Shown: positions 1 through 9,270 of the stretch, piece by piece
How the letters are laid out: each line of letters opens with the position of its first letter
Numbering within the stretch: position 1 is the first letter of the stretch
Program-made: the position numbers and the translations under genes
Notes under the pieces: model-generated
The model's input: only the letters and a program-made list of their open reading frames with translations
Database searches by the model: none
What the model was told of the DNA's origin: nothing
From: Aeropyrum pernix K1
GTDB taxonomy: Archaea > Thermoproteota > Thermoprotei_A > Sulfolobales > Acidilobaceae
Assembly: GCF_000011125.1 (NCBI RefSeq)
Contig: NC_000854.2
Coordinates: 690,001 to 722,000, forward strand
Length of the DNA: 32,000 bases
Direction of reading: 5' to 3'

Positions 1-347
1 TGCTTCAGCGTCTCTAGACTCCTTTTGAGGGCGTCCTCCTTCTTGGCCAGTATCTCGGTGGCCTTTGCCGTGTCGAGCTTGGCGTAGACGTTGAGGCCCA
101 GGTGTACAATCGCCTTGCCCGGCTCCAGCAGCCTGGCCTTAAGTATCGTGTTGAGCTCGGGGTCACCGGGGAACAGGGTTTCCCCGTCCTGGCCGGCGGC
201 CTTCTCCACGGTCTCCTTCGCCGCCTGCACGCTCCTGAGCCTGAGCTCGAGCTGGGCTAGGACGCCCTGGAGCTCGGCTATCTGGTCCCTTATCATCTGG
301 AGCTGGGCGGCTATCTCCTCGGGGCTGGGCATCTGCTGCGCCACCAT
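1..347 (-). CDS. pfdA: Prefoldin subunit alpha (3' end truncated by window edge)
   Basis: Manual reverse-strand translation MVAQQMPSPEEIAAQLQMIRDQIAELQGVLAQLELRLRSVQAAKETVEKAA...ILKARLLEPGKAIVHLGLNVYAKLDTAKATEILAKKEDALKRSLETLK: coiled coil, central beta segment, second coil. It sits directly downstream of L18Ae/LX, as is common in archaea. Confidence 0.8.
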   Translation of the reverse strand, partial: MVAQQMPSPEEIAAQLQMIRDQIAELQGVLAQLELRLRSVQAAKETVEKAAGQDGETLFPGDPELNTILKARLLEPGKAIVHLGLNVYAKLDTAKATEILAKKEDALKRSLETLK

Positions 348-349
348 GT

Positions 350-616
350 TCACCCCGTCTTGACGAAGCGCTCCAGCGAGGCCAGCCTTATTATGTTGAG
401 GTCCTCAACCTCCCCGGGGTCCACCTCCTCCACGCTCCTAATCCTGATGTGCTTCCTCCTCAGCTTGTGCCTGCTCCCCAGGTCGGAGTAGACCTTCTCC
501 AGTGCGTGCTCCCGCTTCAGAGCCCTAACATAGACCTCGAACTTCCTCCACTCCGGGTACCTGTCGTGGGATATGAGCATCTCACCCTTAACCCTATACA
601 CCTTAACCTCGCTCAC
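350..616 (-). CDS. rpl18a: Large ribosomal subunit protein L18Ae / LX (L20a)
   Basis: 88 aa [62 protein letters not shown]..., typical LX signature. Adjacent to aIF6. Confidence 0.93.
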   Translation of the reverse strand: MSEVKVYRVKGEMLISHDRYPEWRKFEVYVRALKREHALEKVYSDLGSRHKLRRKHIRIRSVEEVDPGEVEDLNIIRLASLERFVKTG

Positions 617-1314
617 TTCACTCCACCTCCGAGGGCCACCTGTATACGCGCTATCTCGGGGCCCGTTGTATCCTCTCCAACCAGGGCCCCATAACTGTTC
701 GCAACCAGGCCGGTCCTAACGAACTCGACCCCGAAGTTTATGGTGCCGGCCTCGAACGGCACCTTAAAAACGTCTGAGAGGAACTTGAGCTCCTCCTCGC
801 TAGCGTCCGGGTGGGCCAGGCCTCCCCTGTTGGTCACCACTATAGCCGAGCCCACGGTGTAAACCCCCGCCACCGAGCCCTCGACAACCTCGACCCCCAG
901 CGTGTCCGAGACGGTCTTCAAAGCCTCCTTCTCGAGCCCGGGCGAGGCTAGGCAGGCCCTGTCGTTGCAGACGATAACGTTACCGAGGGCGTTGCTCCTA
1001 GTGGGGACTATACCCACCTCAACACCCTCCAGCGCCTTCCTAACCAGCTCAACCTCCCTGTCAACACCCTCTGGCAGGAGGATCCCCCTGCTGTTGCCCG
1101 TGGTCAGCACGCCCACCAGCCTCATACCGAGAACCCTGAGCCTCACAACCCGCTCCATAGCCACCCCGAGGACCTCGGAGATAGTCCTGACATCGTCCGC
1201 CCCAATGTCGTCCGGGGCTAGCACGTAGGAGTCGGAGGCGGTTAGGTACACGCCTATATTAGGGTTGCCATAGAGGCTCAGCTTCTCCACGGTAAAGCTG
1301 CCGCCATTGCTCAT
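613..1314 (-). CDS. eif6: Translation initiation factor 6 (aIF6)
   Basis: Translation (M)[35 protein letters not shown]... with repeated pentein-type modules. An upstream in-frame start at 1320 is also possible. Confidence 0.95.
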   Translation of the reverse strand: MSNGGSFTVEKLSLYGNPNIGVYLTASDSYVLAPDDIGADDVRTISEVLGVAMERVVRLRVLGMRLVGVLTTGNSRGILLPEGVDREVELVRKALEGVEVGIVPTRSNALGNVIVCNDRACLASPGLEKEALKTVSDTLGVEVVEGSVAGVYTVGSAIVVTNRGGLAHPDASEEELKFLSDVFKVPFEAGTINFGVEFVRTGLVANSYGALVGEDTTGPEIARIQVALGGGVK

Positions 1315-1406
1315 CAACAACCACCTTCACACCAGCCATAGCGTTAACACGCTGGGGGCGGGGTTCCACCTGTGGCCCGGCATAGGCGTTGTAGGCGCCT
1401 GGGGGT

Positions 1407-1724
1407 TCAGCCCTTGTACCTGCCGGGCCTGAGCTTCCTGCCCGCCAGCCTTACTACCGCCTTCCTTATCCTCTCCCCACCCTCCTCCGGCTCCTCCTCT
1501 CTTATAGAGACTATTATCTTGACCCTCGCCGGCGGCTTCTCCCTACTCCTGCTCCAGATGTAGTTGTTCAGCTCGTTGTCGATGACGACCTCGTCCGCCT
1601 TGGTGTGGCGCCTGACGAACTCCCTCACCATCCTCACAGCCCTTATGGCCCTCCTAGTCCTCCTACCCCAGTATACGCGGCGGAGGTTTACCACGTAAAC
1701 CCAAGTCCCCTCGCTGGGCACCAC
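1407..1724 (-). CDS. rpl31e: Large ribosomal subunit protein L31e
   Basis: 105 aa ORF WVYVVNLRRVYWGRRTRRAIRAVRMVREFVRRHTKADEVVIDNELNNYIWSRSREKPPARVKI; gene order with L39e and aIF6. Confidence 0.93.
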   Translation of the reverse strand: MVPSEGTWVYVVNLRRVYWGRRTRRAIRAVRMVREFVRRHTKADEVVIDNELNNYIWSRSREKPPARVKIIVSIREEEPEEGGERIRKAVVRLAGRKLRPGRYKG

Positions 1725-1739
1725 TCACCCACCCCCGGG

Positions 1740-1895
1740 CTAGACCTTCAGCTTGCTCCTCCTCCAGTGCCTCCTCAGGAGGTTGAACCTTATCCTCCTA
1801 CTCGTCCTTATGACCACCCAGACGGGTATGGCCCTGTTTGACTTGAGGGCTCTGGCGAGCCTGAGCTTCCTGCCCAGAGGCTTGTTCCTAGCCAT
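1740..1895 (-). CDS. rpl39e: Large ribosomal subunit protein L39e
   Basis: Not in the supplied ORF track because it is short. Manual translation of 1895 to 1740 gives MARNKPLGRKLRLARALKSNRAIPVWVVIRTSRRIRFNLLRRHWRRSKLKV* (51 aa). Confidence 0.95.
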   Translation of the reverse strand: MARNKPLGRKLRLARALKSNRAIPVWVVIRTSRRIRFNLLRRHWRRSKLKV

Positions 1896-1946
1896 GCACC
1901 ACCCCCTCCGGGTTAGCCCTAGAGTCCAGCGGTTTTATTCTGCCAG

Positions 1947-2294
1947 CTACTTCCTCTTTATCCTTATCTCGAAGTCTCTCCTAGTGCTCCTGTCCAGCTC
2001 GAGGAGTATCTGGACCAGCGTGTCGTCGTCCACCGGCGGCGTTATCCTGCCGGTCTGCACTAGCTGTATCACCGCGTTCTCCGCGGCCTCAGCTATCTCG
2101 GGCCTCACGAGCCTCAGGTTGGCTAGCCTCTCCCTCGCCTTGCTGGTTAGGAGGCGTCTCAGTATCGCGTCCTTCTGGGCCCTCAGCCTCGCCTGCTCCT
2201 CCTCTCTCCTCCTCTCCTCCTCGAGCCTGCGCTGGAGCTCCAGCATCTTCCTCCTCCTTATCTCCTCAAGCTCATCGTCGTACTCGTAGGACAA
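1947..2294 (-). CDS. PDCD5-family DNA-binding protein
   Basis: 115 aa ORF DDELEEIRRRKMLELQRRLEEERRREEEQARLRAQKDAILRRLLTSKARERLANLRLVRPEIAEAAENAVIQLVQTGRI...; usual neighbour of S19e. Confidence 0.9.
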   Translation of the reverse strand: MSYEYDDELEEIRRRKMLELQRRLEEERRREEEQARLRAQKDAILRRLLTSKARERLANLRLVRPEIAEAAENAVIQLVQTGRITPPVDDDTLVQILLELDRSTRRDFEIRIKRK

Positions 2295-2370
2295 CCCTAC
2301 CTACACCTCCAGGGTTACATCCAGGATTGTGGGTTGACTTAGGGGCCTATTAATATGAGGATGAGGAGGT

Positions 2371-2832
2371 CTAGAGGTACCTCTCCAGCTCGGGCCTGGT
2401 CTTGACGAGCTCCTCCATTATCTCCCTGGCGGTGGTGTCGAGGAGGCTTCTCCCAGCGGGCGATATAGTCCTCCCCCTCCCGGGCACCTTCACCACGAGC
2501 CCTGCCTCCTCGAGCTGCTGGAGTATCTTGCGGGGCACGCTCCCCCCGGCCTTCCTGAAGTGCTCTGGCGCCGACCCCCTGTTCTGCCTGCCCCCGTATA
2601 TGGTTCGGAACGTCTCTATCCCTATCGGCTCGGGGCTCTTGTAGAGCTTCCTCAGTATGCTGGCGGCCCTTACGTACCACCAGTCCCTGTCCGTGGGGGG
2701 CCTCTCCTTGTGGGGCCCCGTCTTGGCGAAGTAGGCCCAGGCTGGCGGCTTGACCTGGGGGTACTTCTCCTTCAGCTTCCTGGCTACCCTCCTTATCAGG
2801 AGGTCTGCAGGCACCTCTAGAGCGTTGACCAT
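2371..2832 (-). CDS. rps19e: Small ribosomal subunit protein S19e
   Basis: 153 aa ORF with [15 protein letters not shown]...[43 protein letters not shown]. Confidence 0.95.
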   Translation of the reverse strand: MVNALEVPADLLIRRVARKLKEKYPQVKPPAWAYFAKTGPHKERPPTDRDWWYVRAASILRKLYKSPEPIGIETFRTIYGGRQNRGSAPEHFRKAGGSVPRKILQQLEEAGLVVKVPGRGRTISPAGRSLLDTTAREIMEELVKTRPELERYL

Positions 2833-2837
2833 TGCGG

Positions 2838-3161
2838 CTACTCCACCCAGGACCCAAGGAGTCTCCTGCTCGGCCTTTTAACCTTACTGCCGCCCCTCCT
2901 GGGCCTGTAGAGTATGAAGGTGTAGCCCCTGACGCCCATGAGCCTGGCGCCGAGGCTGCCTGCAACCCTCCTCGCCAACTCCCTCCTACCGCCCTCCTCC
3001 CTCTTGAGGGCGGTCTTCAGCATCTTAACCTTGACAACCTCCTTCTTCTCGAGCCTGGCGTCAATCTCCCTTAGGACCTCCCTGGTGACCCCCGCCTTGC
3101 CTATTATCACGTCCGCCCTGCCGTGGTGGGCCCTGCGGACCCTTGTCCTCACGCTCTCCAC
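2838..3161 (-). CDS. YhbY/CRM-domain RNA-binding protein
   Basis: [34 protein letters not shown]...[28 protein letters not shown] matches the CRM pattern IGKxGVT ... VRGxTFILYR. Confidence 0.88.
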   Translation of the reverse strand: MESVRTRVRRAHHGRADVIIGKAGVTREVLREIDARLEKKEVVKVKMLKTALKREEGGRRELARRVAGSLGARLMGVRGYTFILYRPRRGGSKVKRPSRRLLGSWVE

Positions 3162-3552
3162 TATCCCTCCCTCCTGAACCGTATTCCGCGGCCGGCGGGG
3201 ATATAGGCGCCCCGCCCCGGGGGCCCTTCCTGTAGGGGTACCTGTGTATCCAGCCGCAGCTTAGGCAGGTGACTACCGTGTATGACATGCCCCCCTGGCT
3301 CCTGAGCCTGACCCTGGCGGTGAGGCCTGGTATGAGGGGTGTTCTGCAGTTCTTGCAGAAGAGCCTCTTCACCCTCCTGGGCGGCCTGACCCTGGTGGAG
3401 GCGGCCAGCTGGAAGAGCTGCTCCGCGACCCTCCTAGCCTCGCCCGTGAGGCCCCTGCGGGCCAGCTCCAGGGCCCAGCGGGCCAGCCTCTCCTCCTCCC
3501 TCCTGACTAGGGTGGTGAAGCTCCTCCTACACCTGCTCCGCCGGCTCTTCAA
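3061..3552 (-). CDS. rnp4: Ribonuclease P protein component 4 (Rpp21/Rpr2 family)
   Basis: Basic N-terminus, ARRYV-like helices, zinc-ribbon cysteines FCKNCRTPL...[15 protein letters not shown]. The 3' end overlaps the YhbY gene by about 100 bp. Confidence 0.82.
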   Translation of the reverse strand: MKSRRSRCRRSFTTLVRREEERLARWALELARRGLTGEARRVAEQLFQLAASTRVRPPRRVKRLFCKNCRTPLIPGLTARVRLRSQGGMSYTVVTCLSCGWIHRYPYRKGPRGGAPISPPAAEYGSGGRDSGEREDKGPQGPPRQGGRDNRQGGGHQGGPKGD

Positions 3553-5335
3553 CCCTCCTCAACTGCCTCTTGTACATCTCGAGCAGCTCGTGGGTTGTTG
3601 TCGCGTCCTCCGGACTCTTGTCGTCCCTCCACCTTATGAACCTGGGGAACCTTATGCTTATCCCCACCCCCGGCCTCACAGTGTTGAGGCAGCAGGTGTG
3701 CATTGGTGAGAGGGTGAGCTCGGCGCCCAGTATCTCCGCCACGAGGGCGGGCTCCACCCACACGTCAGGCTCTATCCTCGACTCTACCCTCGGGTGCTTC
3801 CTGGGTATGATGTGCTTCTTCAGCATCTCGTTCATCCTGTCCAGCTCCTCGTCCGTGAACCCTGTGGCCACCTTGCAGACGGTGGGGAACACGTCCCTGT
3901 CTGGGTCGTAGGCGGCCATGAGCAGGCTGCTGAGCTTCCCGCCCCTCTTCCCCCTGCCGTAGAAGGCGCCCACCACTACGAGGTCCACCGTGTCCATCAT
4001 CTCGCTCTTGTAATCCCTCTTCAGCTTGACCCACAGCCACCCCCTTACGCCCGCGGTGTAGACTGAGTCCCTGTGGACGGCCTTGACCATGACGCCCTCG
4101 GCCCCCTCCTCTATGGCCTTCAGGAAGAAGGTCCACAGCTCCTCGGGGTCGCTGGTCTCGATGGACTCCGCCAGCCTCCAGAGGGGCGTCTCCACAACTA
4201 TCTCCTTGAGCCTCCTGCGCCTCTCGGGGAGGGGTTTGCTTGTGAGGTCCTCGCCGTCCACGTAGAGGGCGTCGAAGAGGAAGACGGCGACGGGCACCTC
4301 CCTCATGACCCTGTGTATGTCGTGCTTCCTCTTCCTCTGCATGAGGACCTGGAAGGGCTGTATCTCATAGTTGTCTGGGTCTACGGCCACTATCTCCCCC
4401 TCGACTATAGCCTCCCCGGCTTTGAGGCCCTTCCTCGCCATCTCAACCACGTCGGGGAACATCCTGGTTATGTTCTCAAGCCTCCTCGAGTAGATGTAGA
4501 CCTCCCCGTCCTTCTTGTGTATCTGCGCCCTCTCCCCATCGTACTTATACTCGACGACAGCCCTGCCCCCCACCTTCCTGAGTATCTCAGCCGGGTCCCT
4601 CCCCCTCTCGGCCAGCATCGGCCTTATAGGAACGCCGACCTGGGGCTTCACACCCCTCAGCGCATCAACACCCTCCCTGGCCACGACCTCCGCTATGTAG
4701 CCTAGGTCGGCCCTGAGGTTGTAGGCCCTCTCTATAACGGGCCTCGCGTGGGCCCCGCCGCCGAAGGCCATGGCGAGGGCGTCGAGGACGGTCGCGTCCC
4801 CAACACCCACCCTCAGCCTCCCCTCCACAAACCTCACAATATACTTCGCCTCCACGGGCTCGGCGTCCGCCAGGAGGCCGGCCAGCAGCCTAAGCTTGAT
4901 GTCCCTGCTCCCCTCACCCTGCGCCATGGCTATCCTGTACAGCGTGTTGTAAACCCTCCTCACAGTCAGCGCCTCCCCCCCTCCCGCCATGAACGCCTCC
5001 AGGGTGACGGCCCTGGCAGCCCGGGAGCGGTACTCCCGCGACAGCCTCTCGGCCACACTCCCCAGGTCGCCTACAGACTTGTAGAGCCTCTCAACCCTCT
5101 CCTCAGTGGCCTTGTAAGCCAGGGCTATGGCCTTTACAAGCAGCTTCTCCCCGACACCCAGCTCCGGCAGCCCCTTCCAGTCGGGCCCCAGCTTCCCCTG
5201 GATCAGGTACACCACAATACCGATCGCCCCCGGGGGCGTGGACTTGAAGAGCCTTGTGAGGAGGAGGGTGAGCTGCGTCCTAGAGGTTATCCTCTCCATG
5301 GAGGCGAAGGCCTCAGCCACGGGCTTGAAAGGCAT
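3527..5335 (-). CDS. lig: ATP-dependent DNA ligase
   Basis: 602 aa from ATG at 5335 ([16 protein letters not shown]...). Adenylation motif [31 protein letters not shown] and C-terminal [18 protein letters not shown]. Confidence 0.97.
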   Translation of the reverse strand: MPFKPVAEAFASMERITSRTQLTLLLTRLFKSTPPGAIGIVVYLIQGKLGPDWKGLPELGVGEKLLVKAIALAYKATEERVERLYKSVGDLGSVAERLSREYRSRAARAVTLEAFMAGGGEALTVRRVYNTLYRIAMAQGEGSRDIKLRLLAGLLADAEPVEAKYIVRFVEGRLRVGVGDATVLDALAMAFGGGAHARPVIERAYNLRADLGYIAEVVAREGVDALRGVKPQVGVPIRPMLAERGRDPAEILRKVGGRAVVEYKYDGERAQIHKKDGEVYIYSRRLENITRMFPDVVEMARKGLKAGEAIVEGEIVAVDPDNYEIQPFQVLMQRKRKHDIHRVMREVPVAVFLFDALYVDGEDLTSKPLPERRRRLKEIVVETPLWRLAESIETSDPEELWTFFLKAIEEGAEGVMVKAVHRDSVYTAGVRGWLWVKLKRDYKSEMMDTVDLVVVGAFYGRGKRGGKLSSLLMAAYDPDRDVFPTVCKVATGFTDEELDRMNEMLKKHIIPRKHPRVESRIEPDVWVEPALVAEILGAELTLSPMHTCCLNTVRPGVGISIRFPRFIRWRDDKSPEDATTTHELLEMYKRQLRRVEEPAEQV

Positions 5336-5429
5336 GTCACCGCCTCCAACACCCCCAGAGCTAGAAGCCAAAACCAGACACCCCACCAACCCACAATAAA
5401 CATATTAGAACCCCAGGCTTGAATAGGTT

Positions 5430-5700
5430 GGCATCCCAAGCAGGTACAACTGGGGGCGGTGAGTGCAACCCGGCAAGTCCGAGCGCCGTCACCCCCCGCC
5501 TGGGGCAGCTCTGGGCGGGGGATGCTATGAGTGGAAGTCGGGGTTTAACGAGCCCCCCGCCCGGCTCCATGGGCCAAGCGTTATCAACCCCGGTGTGCCC
5601 TAGGGTTTCTCACGGGATGAATGGGCCGACATAGTCCGACGGCCCCTCCGGGTGTCTTCCGGTTTTCGCCGGGCTGGATGACGTGGGGTCAATGGAATGA
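5430..5700. ncRNA. Candidate structured RNA or structured UTR region between divergent genes (family not identified)
   Basis: GC-rich non-coding interval between divergent genes, with several inverted repeats such as CCCCCGCC..GGGCGGGGG (about 5493-5522) and GGGCCG-ACATAGTCCGA-CGGCCC (about 5624-5646). No convincing ORF. I could not match it to RNase P, SRP or tRNA consensus by eye. Confidence 0.25.
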
Positions 5701-6863
5701 CCTCCCCCGCGCCCCTCTGTGGCACTAGTATAGCGTATGACGCTGGCCTCGCCGAGGTCCTCGAGGCCTCCTCCGGGCCCCTATGCAGCCTGCTAGCCAG
5801 CCTGGAGAGGCCTCCTCCCAGGCTTTACGTTAGGGTTAACACGCTGAAGGTCGGTGTAGACCGCTACCTGGAGATGCTGAGGGGTGTGGGGCTGGAGTTT
5901 AGGGTTGACGAGGATATTCCAGAGGCCATTTGGCACCCTGTGGAGGGGCCCTTCTCCTGGGAGTTCAGGGGGAAGAGGGTTGTCGCCGACAAGGTGGCCA
6001 GCGAGAGCGTCCTCATGGGCAGCGACCTCTACGCGCCGGGGGTGGTTTACGCCAGGGGTGTTGAGAGGGGTGACGAGGTTGTTATTGTGGCGCCGAACGG
6101 GAGGGTCGTTGGCGGCGGCGTTGCTGTTATGTCGTGGCGAGAGATGAGGAGGGCTGGCAGGGGCCTGGCTGTGAGGGTGACGAAGCCGATATACAGGGCT
6201 CCCAGGGTCTCGGAGCTTCCGGGGTTCAGGGAGGGCCTGGTGTACGGTCAGAGCGTCACCTCGATGTACGTGGCCAGGGCTCTCGACCCGAGGCCGGGGT
6301 GGGTTGTGGTCGACTTAAACGCCGCCCCCGGGGGGAAGGTTAGCCACGTCGCCCAGCTGGCGGGGAGGGAGGCGGTGATAGTGGCTATAGACAGGCCGAG
6401 CAAGGTTGGGAGGCTGAGGGAGACTCTGGAGAGGCTGGGGGCCGGGTGGGTGAGGGTGGTGGGGGGAGATAGCAGGAGGGCCTCCCGCCTCCTACCCGGG
6501 CTGGCGGGGAGGGTTGATGCGGTCCTCGTCGACCCTCCGTGCACGAACATAGGCGTCATACCCAAGGTGTTCGACGTCAAGACCCTCAGGGACAGCGCCG
6601 CCGCATCCCGCTACCAGTGGATGTTCGTGGAGGAGGCCTGGAGGCTCCTGAGGAGGGGGGGCCTGCTGGCCTACTCCACCTGCACCCTCTCCAGCCTGGA
6701 GAACGAGCTTATAGTAGCGAGGGCGGAGGAGCTGGGCTTCAGGCTCACATGGAGCTGGGGGTTGCGGCCGAGCAGGGGGAGGAGGAGCTGGCTGGGGTTC
6801 AGGTGGGAGCCGCACAGGGACGGGACGCCCGGCTTCTTCCTCGCGATACTCGAGAAGCCCTAG
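5697..6863 (+). CDS. Nop2/Sun (NOL1) family RNA cytosine-C5 methyltransferase with PUA-like domain
   Basis: VVVDLNAAPGGKVSHVAQL (motif I), DAVLVDPPCTNIGV (motif IV), LLAYSTCTLSSLENE (catalytic Cys motif); PUA-like segment ASESVLMGSDLYAPGVVYA.GVERGDEV. Confidence 0.93.
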   Translation: MTSPAPLCGTSIAYDAGLAEVLEASSGPLCSLLASLERPPPRLYVRVNTLKVGVDRYLEMLRGVGLEFRVDEDIPEAIWHPVEGPFSWEFRGKRVVADKVASESVLMGSDLYAPGVVYARGVERGDEVVIVAPNGRVVGGGVAVMSWREMRRAGRGLAVRVTKPIYRAPRVSELPGFREGLVYGQSVTSMYVARALDPRPGWVVVDLNAAPGGKVSHVAQLAGREAVIVAIDRPSKVGRLRETLERLGAGWVRVVGGDSRRASRLLPGLAGRVDAVLVDPPCTNIGVIPKVFDVKTLRDSAAASRYQWMFVEEAWRLLRRGGLLAYSTCTLSSLENELIVARAEELGFRLTWSWGLRPSRGRRSWLGFRWEPHRDGTPGFFLAILEKP

Positions 6864-7279
6864 ACAGCCCCCCGGTACCTCAGCCTCACCACCCCCAGCC
6901 CCAGCCTGGCGGCCAGCCTCTGGAGGGTGTAGTCGTCTGTCGCCACCGCCACCCTGCAGCCCTGCCAGGCCAGGTCCAGGGCGAGGGCGAGGACCTCGAG
7001 GTCCGCCCCGCTGAGCCTCCCCAGGACGCCGGCCCTCCTGGCCTCCTCCCTAGCCCTCTCCAGGGCGCGGGTGCTGGGGGCGAGGACCTCGAGCCTGCCC
7101 GTCGATTGGAGCAGCTCCAGCAGCGACCTGCTACCCCGGTCCCTAACCTCCTCCAGGACCCTGGGGGGCGTGGCGAGCCTCCCGGGGAGGGCCGCCGCCT
7201 TCCCCGCTATGAATGCGCCGGTGTCGAGGACTATGGCCTCCCTACCAGTAGGCGAGCAGCCTTGTGTAGAGCCTCTCAT
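6860..7279 (-). CDS. PIN-domain ribonuclease (Nob1-like)
   Basis: IVLDTGAFIAGKA...VRDRGSR...LSGADLEVLALALDLAWQGCRVAVATDDYTLQRLAARLGL: PIN acidic residues and TDDYxLQ motif. Overlaps the NAD kinase 3' end; the exact start is uncertain. Confidence 0.85.
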   Translation of the reverse strand: MRGSTQGCSPTGREAIVLDTGAFIAGKAAALPGRLATPPRVLEEVRDRGSRSLLELLQSTGRLEVLAPSTRALERAREEARRAGVLGRLSGADLEVLALALDLAWQGCRVAVATDDYTLQRLAARLGLGVVRLRYRGAV

Positions 7280-8117
7280 AGTAGTCCTCCCACCACCTGA
7301 ACCTCGCTATCCTAACCCCGCTCCCACACCGCTCTATATCCACTATCCCCCCGGGCTCCAGCTCGTAGACGTACTGGCCGTCTATGTTGACTACCAGGGG
7401 GTTGCTGTAGACGCTGGCCTCCACCGTGACGCGCGAGCCGCTGGGGACCACAATGCTCCTGAGGAAGAGCTGAACCGGGTTCAGGGGGGTTAGTACTATG
7501 ACGTCCAGCCTCGGGTCTATTATGGGGCCGCCCCCGCTGAGGCTGTAGGCAGTGCTCCCCGCGGTGGTCGAGACCACCACACCGTCGCCGTCGATATTCA
7601 TAGCCAGGTCGCCGTCAACGAAGACGTGCACCCTGGCCATCTTCGCGTTGTTAGCCGTAACCGCCGTGTCGTTGAACATGCAGGCACGGGCCTCCCCCTC
7701 AAGGTAGACCCGGTAGCGGGGGTACACGACCTCCCTGAACCTCCCCTCGAGGAAGTCCCTCAGCCTCTCCACAGCCTCATACCTCTCAACGTCAAGCAGG
7801 AACCCCTTCTTCCCCGCCTTGATAGTCATGAAGAGGGGGCTCTCCCTCTCCCCGAGCCTCAGGAAGGTCCTCAGGAGGGTCCCGTCACCCCCCACCACCA
7901 CAACCCTACCCGGGGGGTCGCGGGAGATGCTGAACCTGGGGAAGCCGGAGAGGGAGGGGTAGTCGACAGTCTCGTCCACGAGGACCTCGACACCGCTCTC
8001 CACAAGCTCCTTAACCACGAGCCTCGCAACATCCTCCGCTATCCCGCTCCTCCTCTTCACCACAAGACCCACAGCACCGGACAAAAGACAATCCCCCAGC
8101 TCAAGAGCCTCGGTCAT
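7242..8117 (-). CDS. nadK: NAD kinase
   Basis: VVVVGGDGTLLRTFLRLGERESPLFMTIKAGKKGFLLDVE (GGDGT motif), GDGVVVSTTAGSTAYSLSGGGPIIDP. Confidence 0.95.
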   Translation of the reverse strand: MTEALELGDCLLSGAVGLVVKRRSGIAEDVARLVVKELVESGVEVLVDETVDYPSLSGFPRFSISRDPPGRVVVVGGDGTLLRTFLRLGERESPLFMTIKAGKKGFLLDVERYEAVERLRDFLEGRFREVVYPRYRVYLEGEARACMFNDTAVTANNAKMARVHVFVDGDLAMNIDGDGVVVSTTAGSTAYSLSGGGPIIDPRLDVIVLTPLNPVQLFLRSIVVPSGSRVTVEASVYSNPLVVNIDGQYVYELEPGGIVDIERCGSGVRIARFRWWEDYYERLYTRLLAYW

Positions 8118-8171
8118 GATACTTTACGCCCGCCAACCTATATCTAGTTAAGCCGGCTCCTCCCGACGGGA

Positions 8172-9224
8172 GTGCCGGGGGCCGCGGGGTTGCCCGAGTG
8201 CGTCGCCGTCAAGACTGTTGACGGGGAGAGGGCTATACGCCTCCTCAGGGCGGCCGGCCTGCTGGACACCGGTTTCAAGCCGGCCCGCAGCGGGGGGAGG
8301 CTAATGCTGCCCGTGGAGGACGCCGAGCTTGCCCTGGAGGCCCTCAGGTCCTCCGGCCTCGAGGCGTGGCCGTGCAGAGCCTCCTTCGAGCCCAGGCGCA
8401 GGCCCCGCGGCCTGAGGAGCCTAGGGTTCGAGGGGCTGTCGGGCTACAGCCTCGTGGGGGATATAGCGGTGTTCAGCAGGAGGGAGGGGGGCCCGGGGGT
8501 TGAGGAGTATAGGAGGGCTGCTGAGGCTCTGATGAGGGAGCAGCCGAGGGTTAGGGCGGTGTATCTGAAGGAGGCCACGGTGGGGGAGCTCAGGGTGCAG
8601 AGGCTCGTACACCTGGCGGGGGAGGAGAGGACCTGGACCGTCCACAGGGAGTTCGGCCTGGAGTTCGAGGTGGACATAGCGAGGGCCTACTTCAACCCCC
8701 GCCTGGCCAACGAGCACAGGCTGGTGGCCGAGAGTGTTGGGGAGGGGGAGAGGGTTCTCGACATGTTCTCCGGTGTAGGGGGGTTCTCGATACACACCGC
8801 CAGCCTGAGGAGGGCCAGCGTCGTCGCCTCGGACATTAACCCCCACGCCGCCCTCCTGGCGGCGAGGAACGCGAGGAGGAACAGGAGGAGGCTCAGGGGG
8901 AGGGTCTCTGTGCTGAGGGCTGACGCCGCCCTCCTCCCCCGGATCCTCCAGCCGGTATTCACAACCATAATAATGAACCACCCCACAGCCTCCCACATGT
9001 TCGCCTGGGAGGCGTGCAGGCTGGCCAGCAGCGGGGGGGCTAGGGTGCTGTTCTACAGGCTCTCCGAGAGCTGCCCCCAAGCCGAGGAAGACGCGCTCCA
9101 AGCCTTCACCCGGGCCCCATGCTGCCGTAGGGTGGAGGTGAGGTGGTGCAGGAGGGTTCTCGAGTACAGCCCCTCGGCAGCTGTATATAGGGTTGAGGTT
9201 GCGGTGGAGCCGGGGAGGCTGTAA
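8172..9224 (+). CDS. trm5: tRNA (guanine37-N1)-methyltransferase Trm5 family
   Basis: REFGLEFEVDIARAYFNPRLANEHRLVAESVGEGERVLDMFSGVGGFSIHTA and IIMNHPTASHMF (N-x-P motif); Trm5 domain order. The true start may be a downstream GTG. Confidence 0.85.
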   Translation: MPGAAGLPECVAVKTVDGERAIRLLRAAGLLDTGFKPARSGGRLMLPVEDAELALEALRSSGLEAWPCRASFEPRRRPRGLRSLGFEGLSGYSLVGDIAVFSRREGGPGVEEYRRAAEALMREQPRVRAVYLKEATVGELRVQRLVHLAGEERTWTVHREFGLEFEVDIARAYFNPRLANEHRLVAESVGEGERVLDMFSGVGGFSIHTASLRRASVVASDINPHAALLAARNARRNRRRLRGRVSVLRADAALLPRILQPVFTTIIMNHPTASHMFAWEACRLASSGGARVLFYRLSESCPQAEEDALQAFTRAPCCRRVEVRWCRRVLEYSPSAAVYRVEVAVEPGRL

Positions 9225-9270
9225 AAACCCGGTCTCTCCACGAAGGGGGTTCTCCGGAGGGGCTTCCGGG

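Noticed and set aside
2339-2965. 208 aa minus-strand ORF and many other long alternative-frame ORFs overlapping known genes (e.g. 4073..4705, 8421..9101, 18637..19431, 24920..25582)
   Set aside because: High GC content suppresses stops in alternative frames. All these overlap strongly supported genes on the other strand or frame and show low-complexity R/P/G/H/L composition with no recognisable motifs.
5440-5500. Possible tRNA, SRP RNA or RNase P RNA in the lig upstream region
   Set aside because: No T-loop GTTCRA motif, no SRP helix 8 GGAG/GNAR signature and no RNase P P4-type consensus could be found on either strand, so only a generic structured-RNA candidate is reported.
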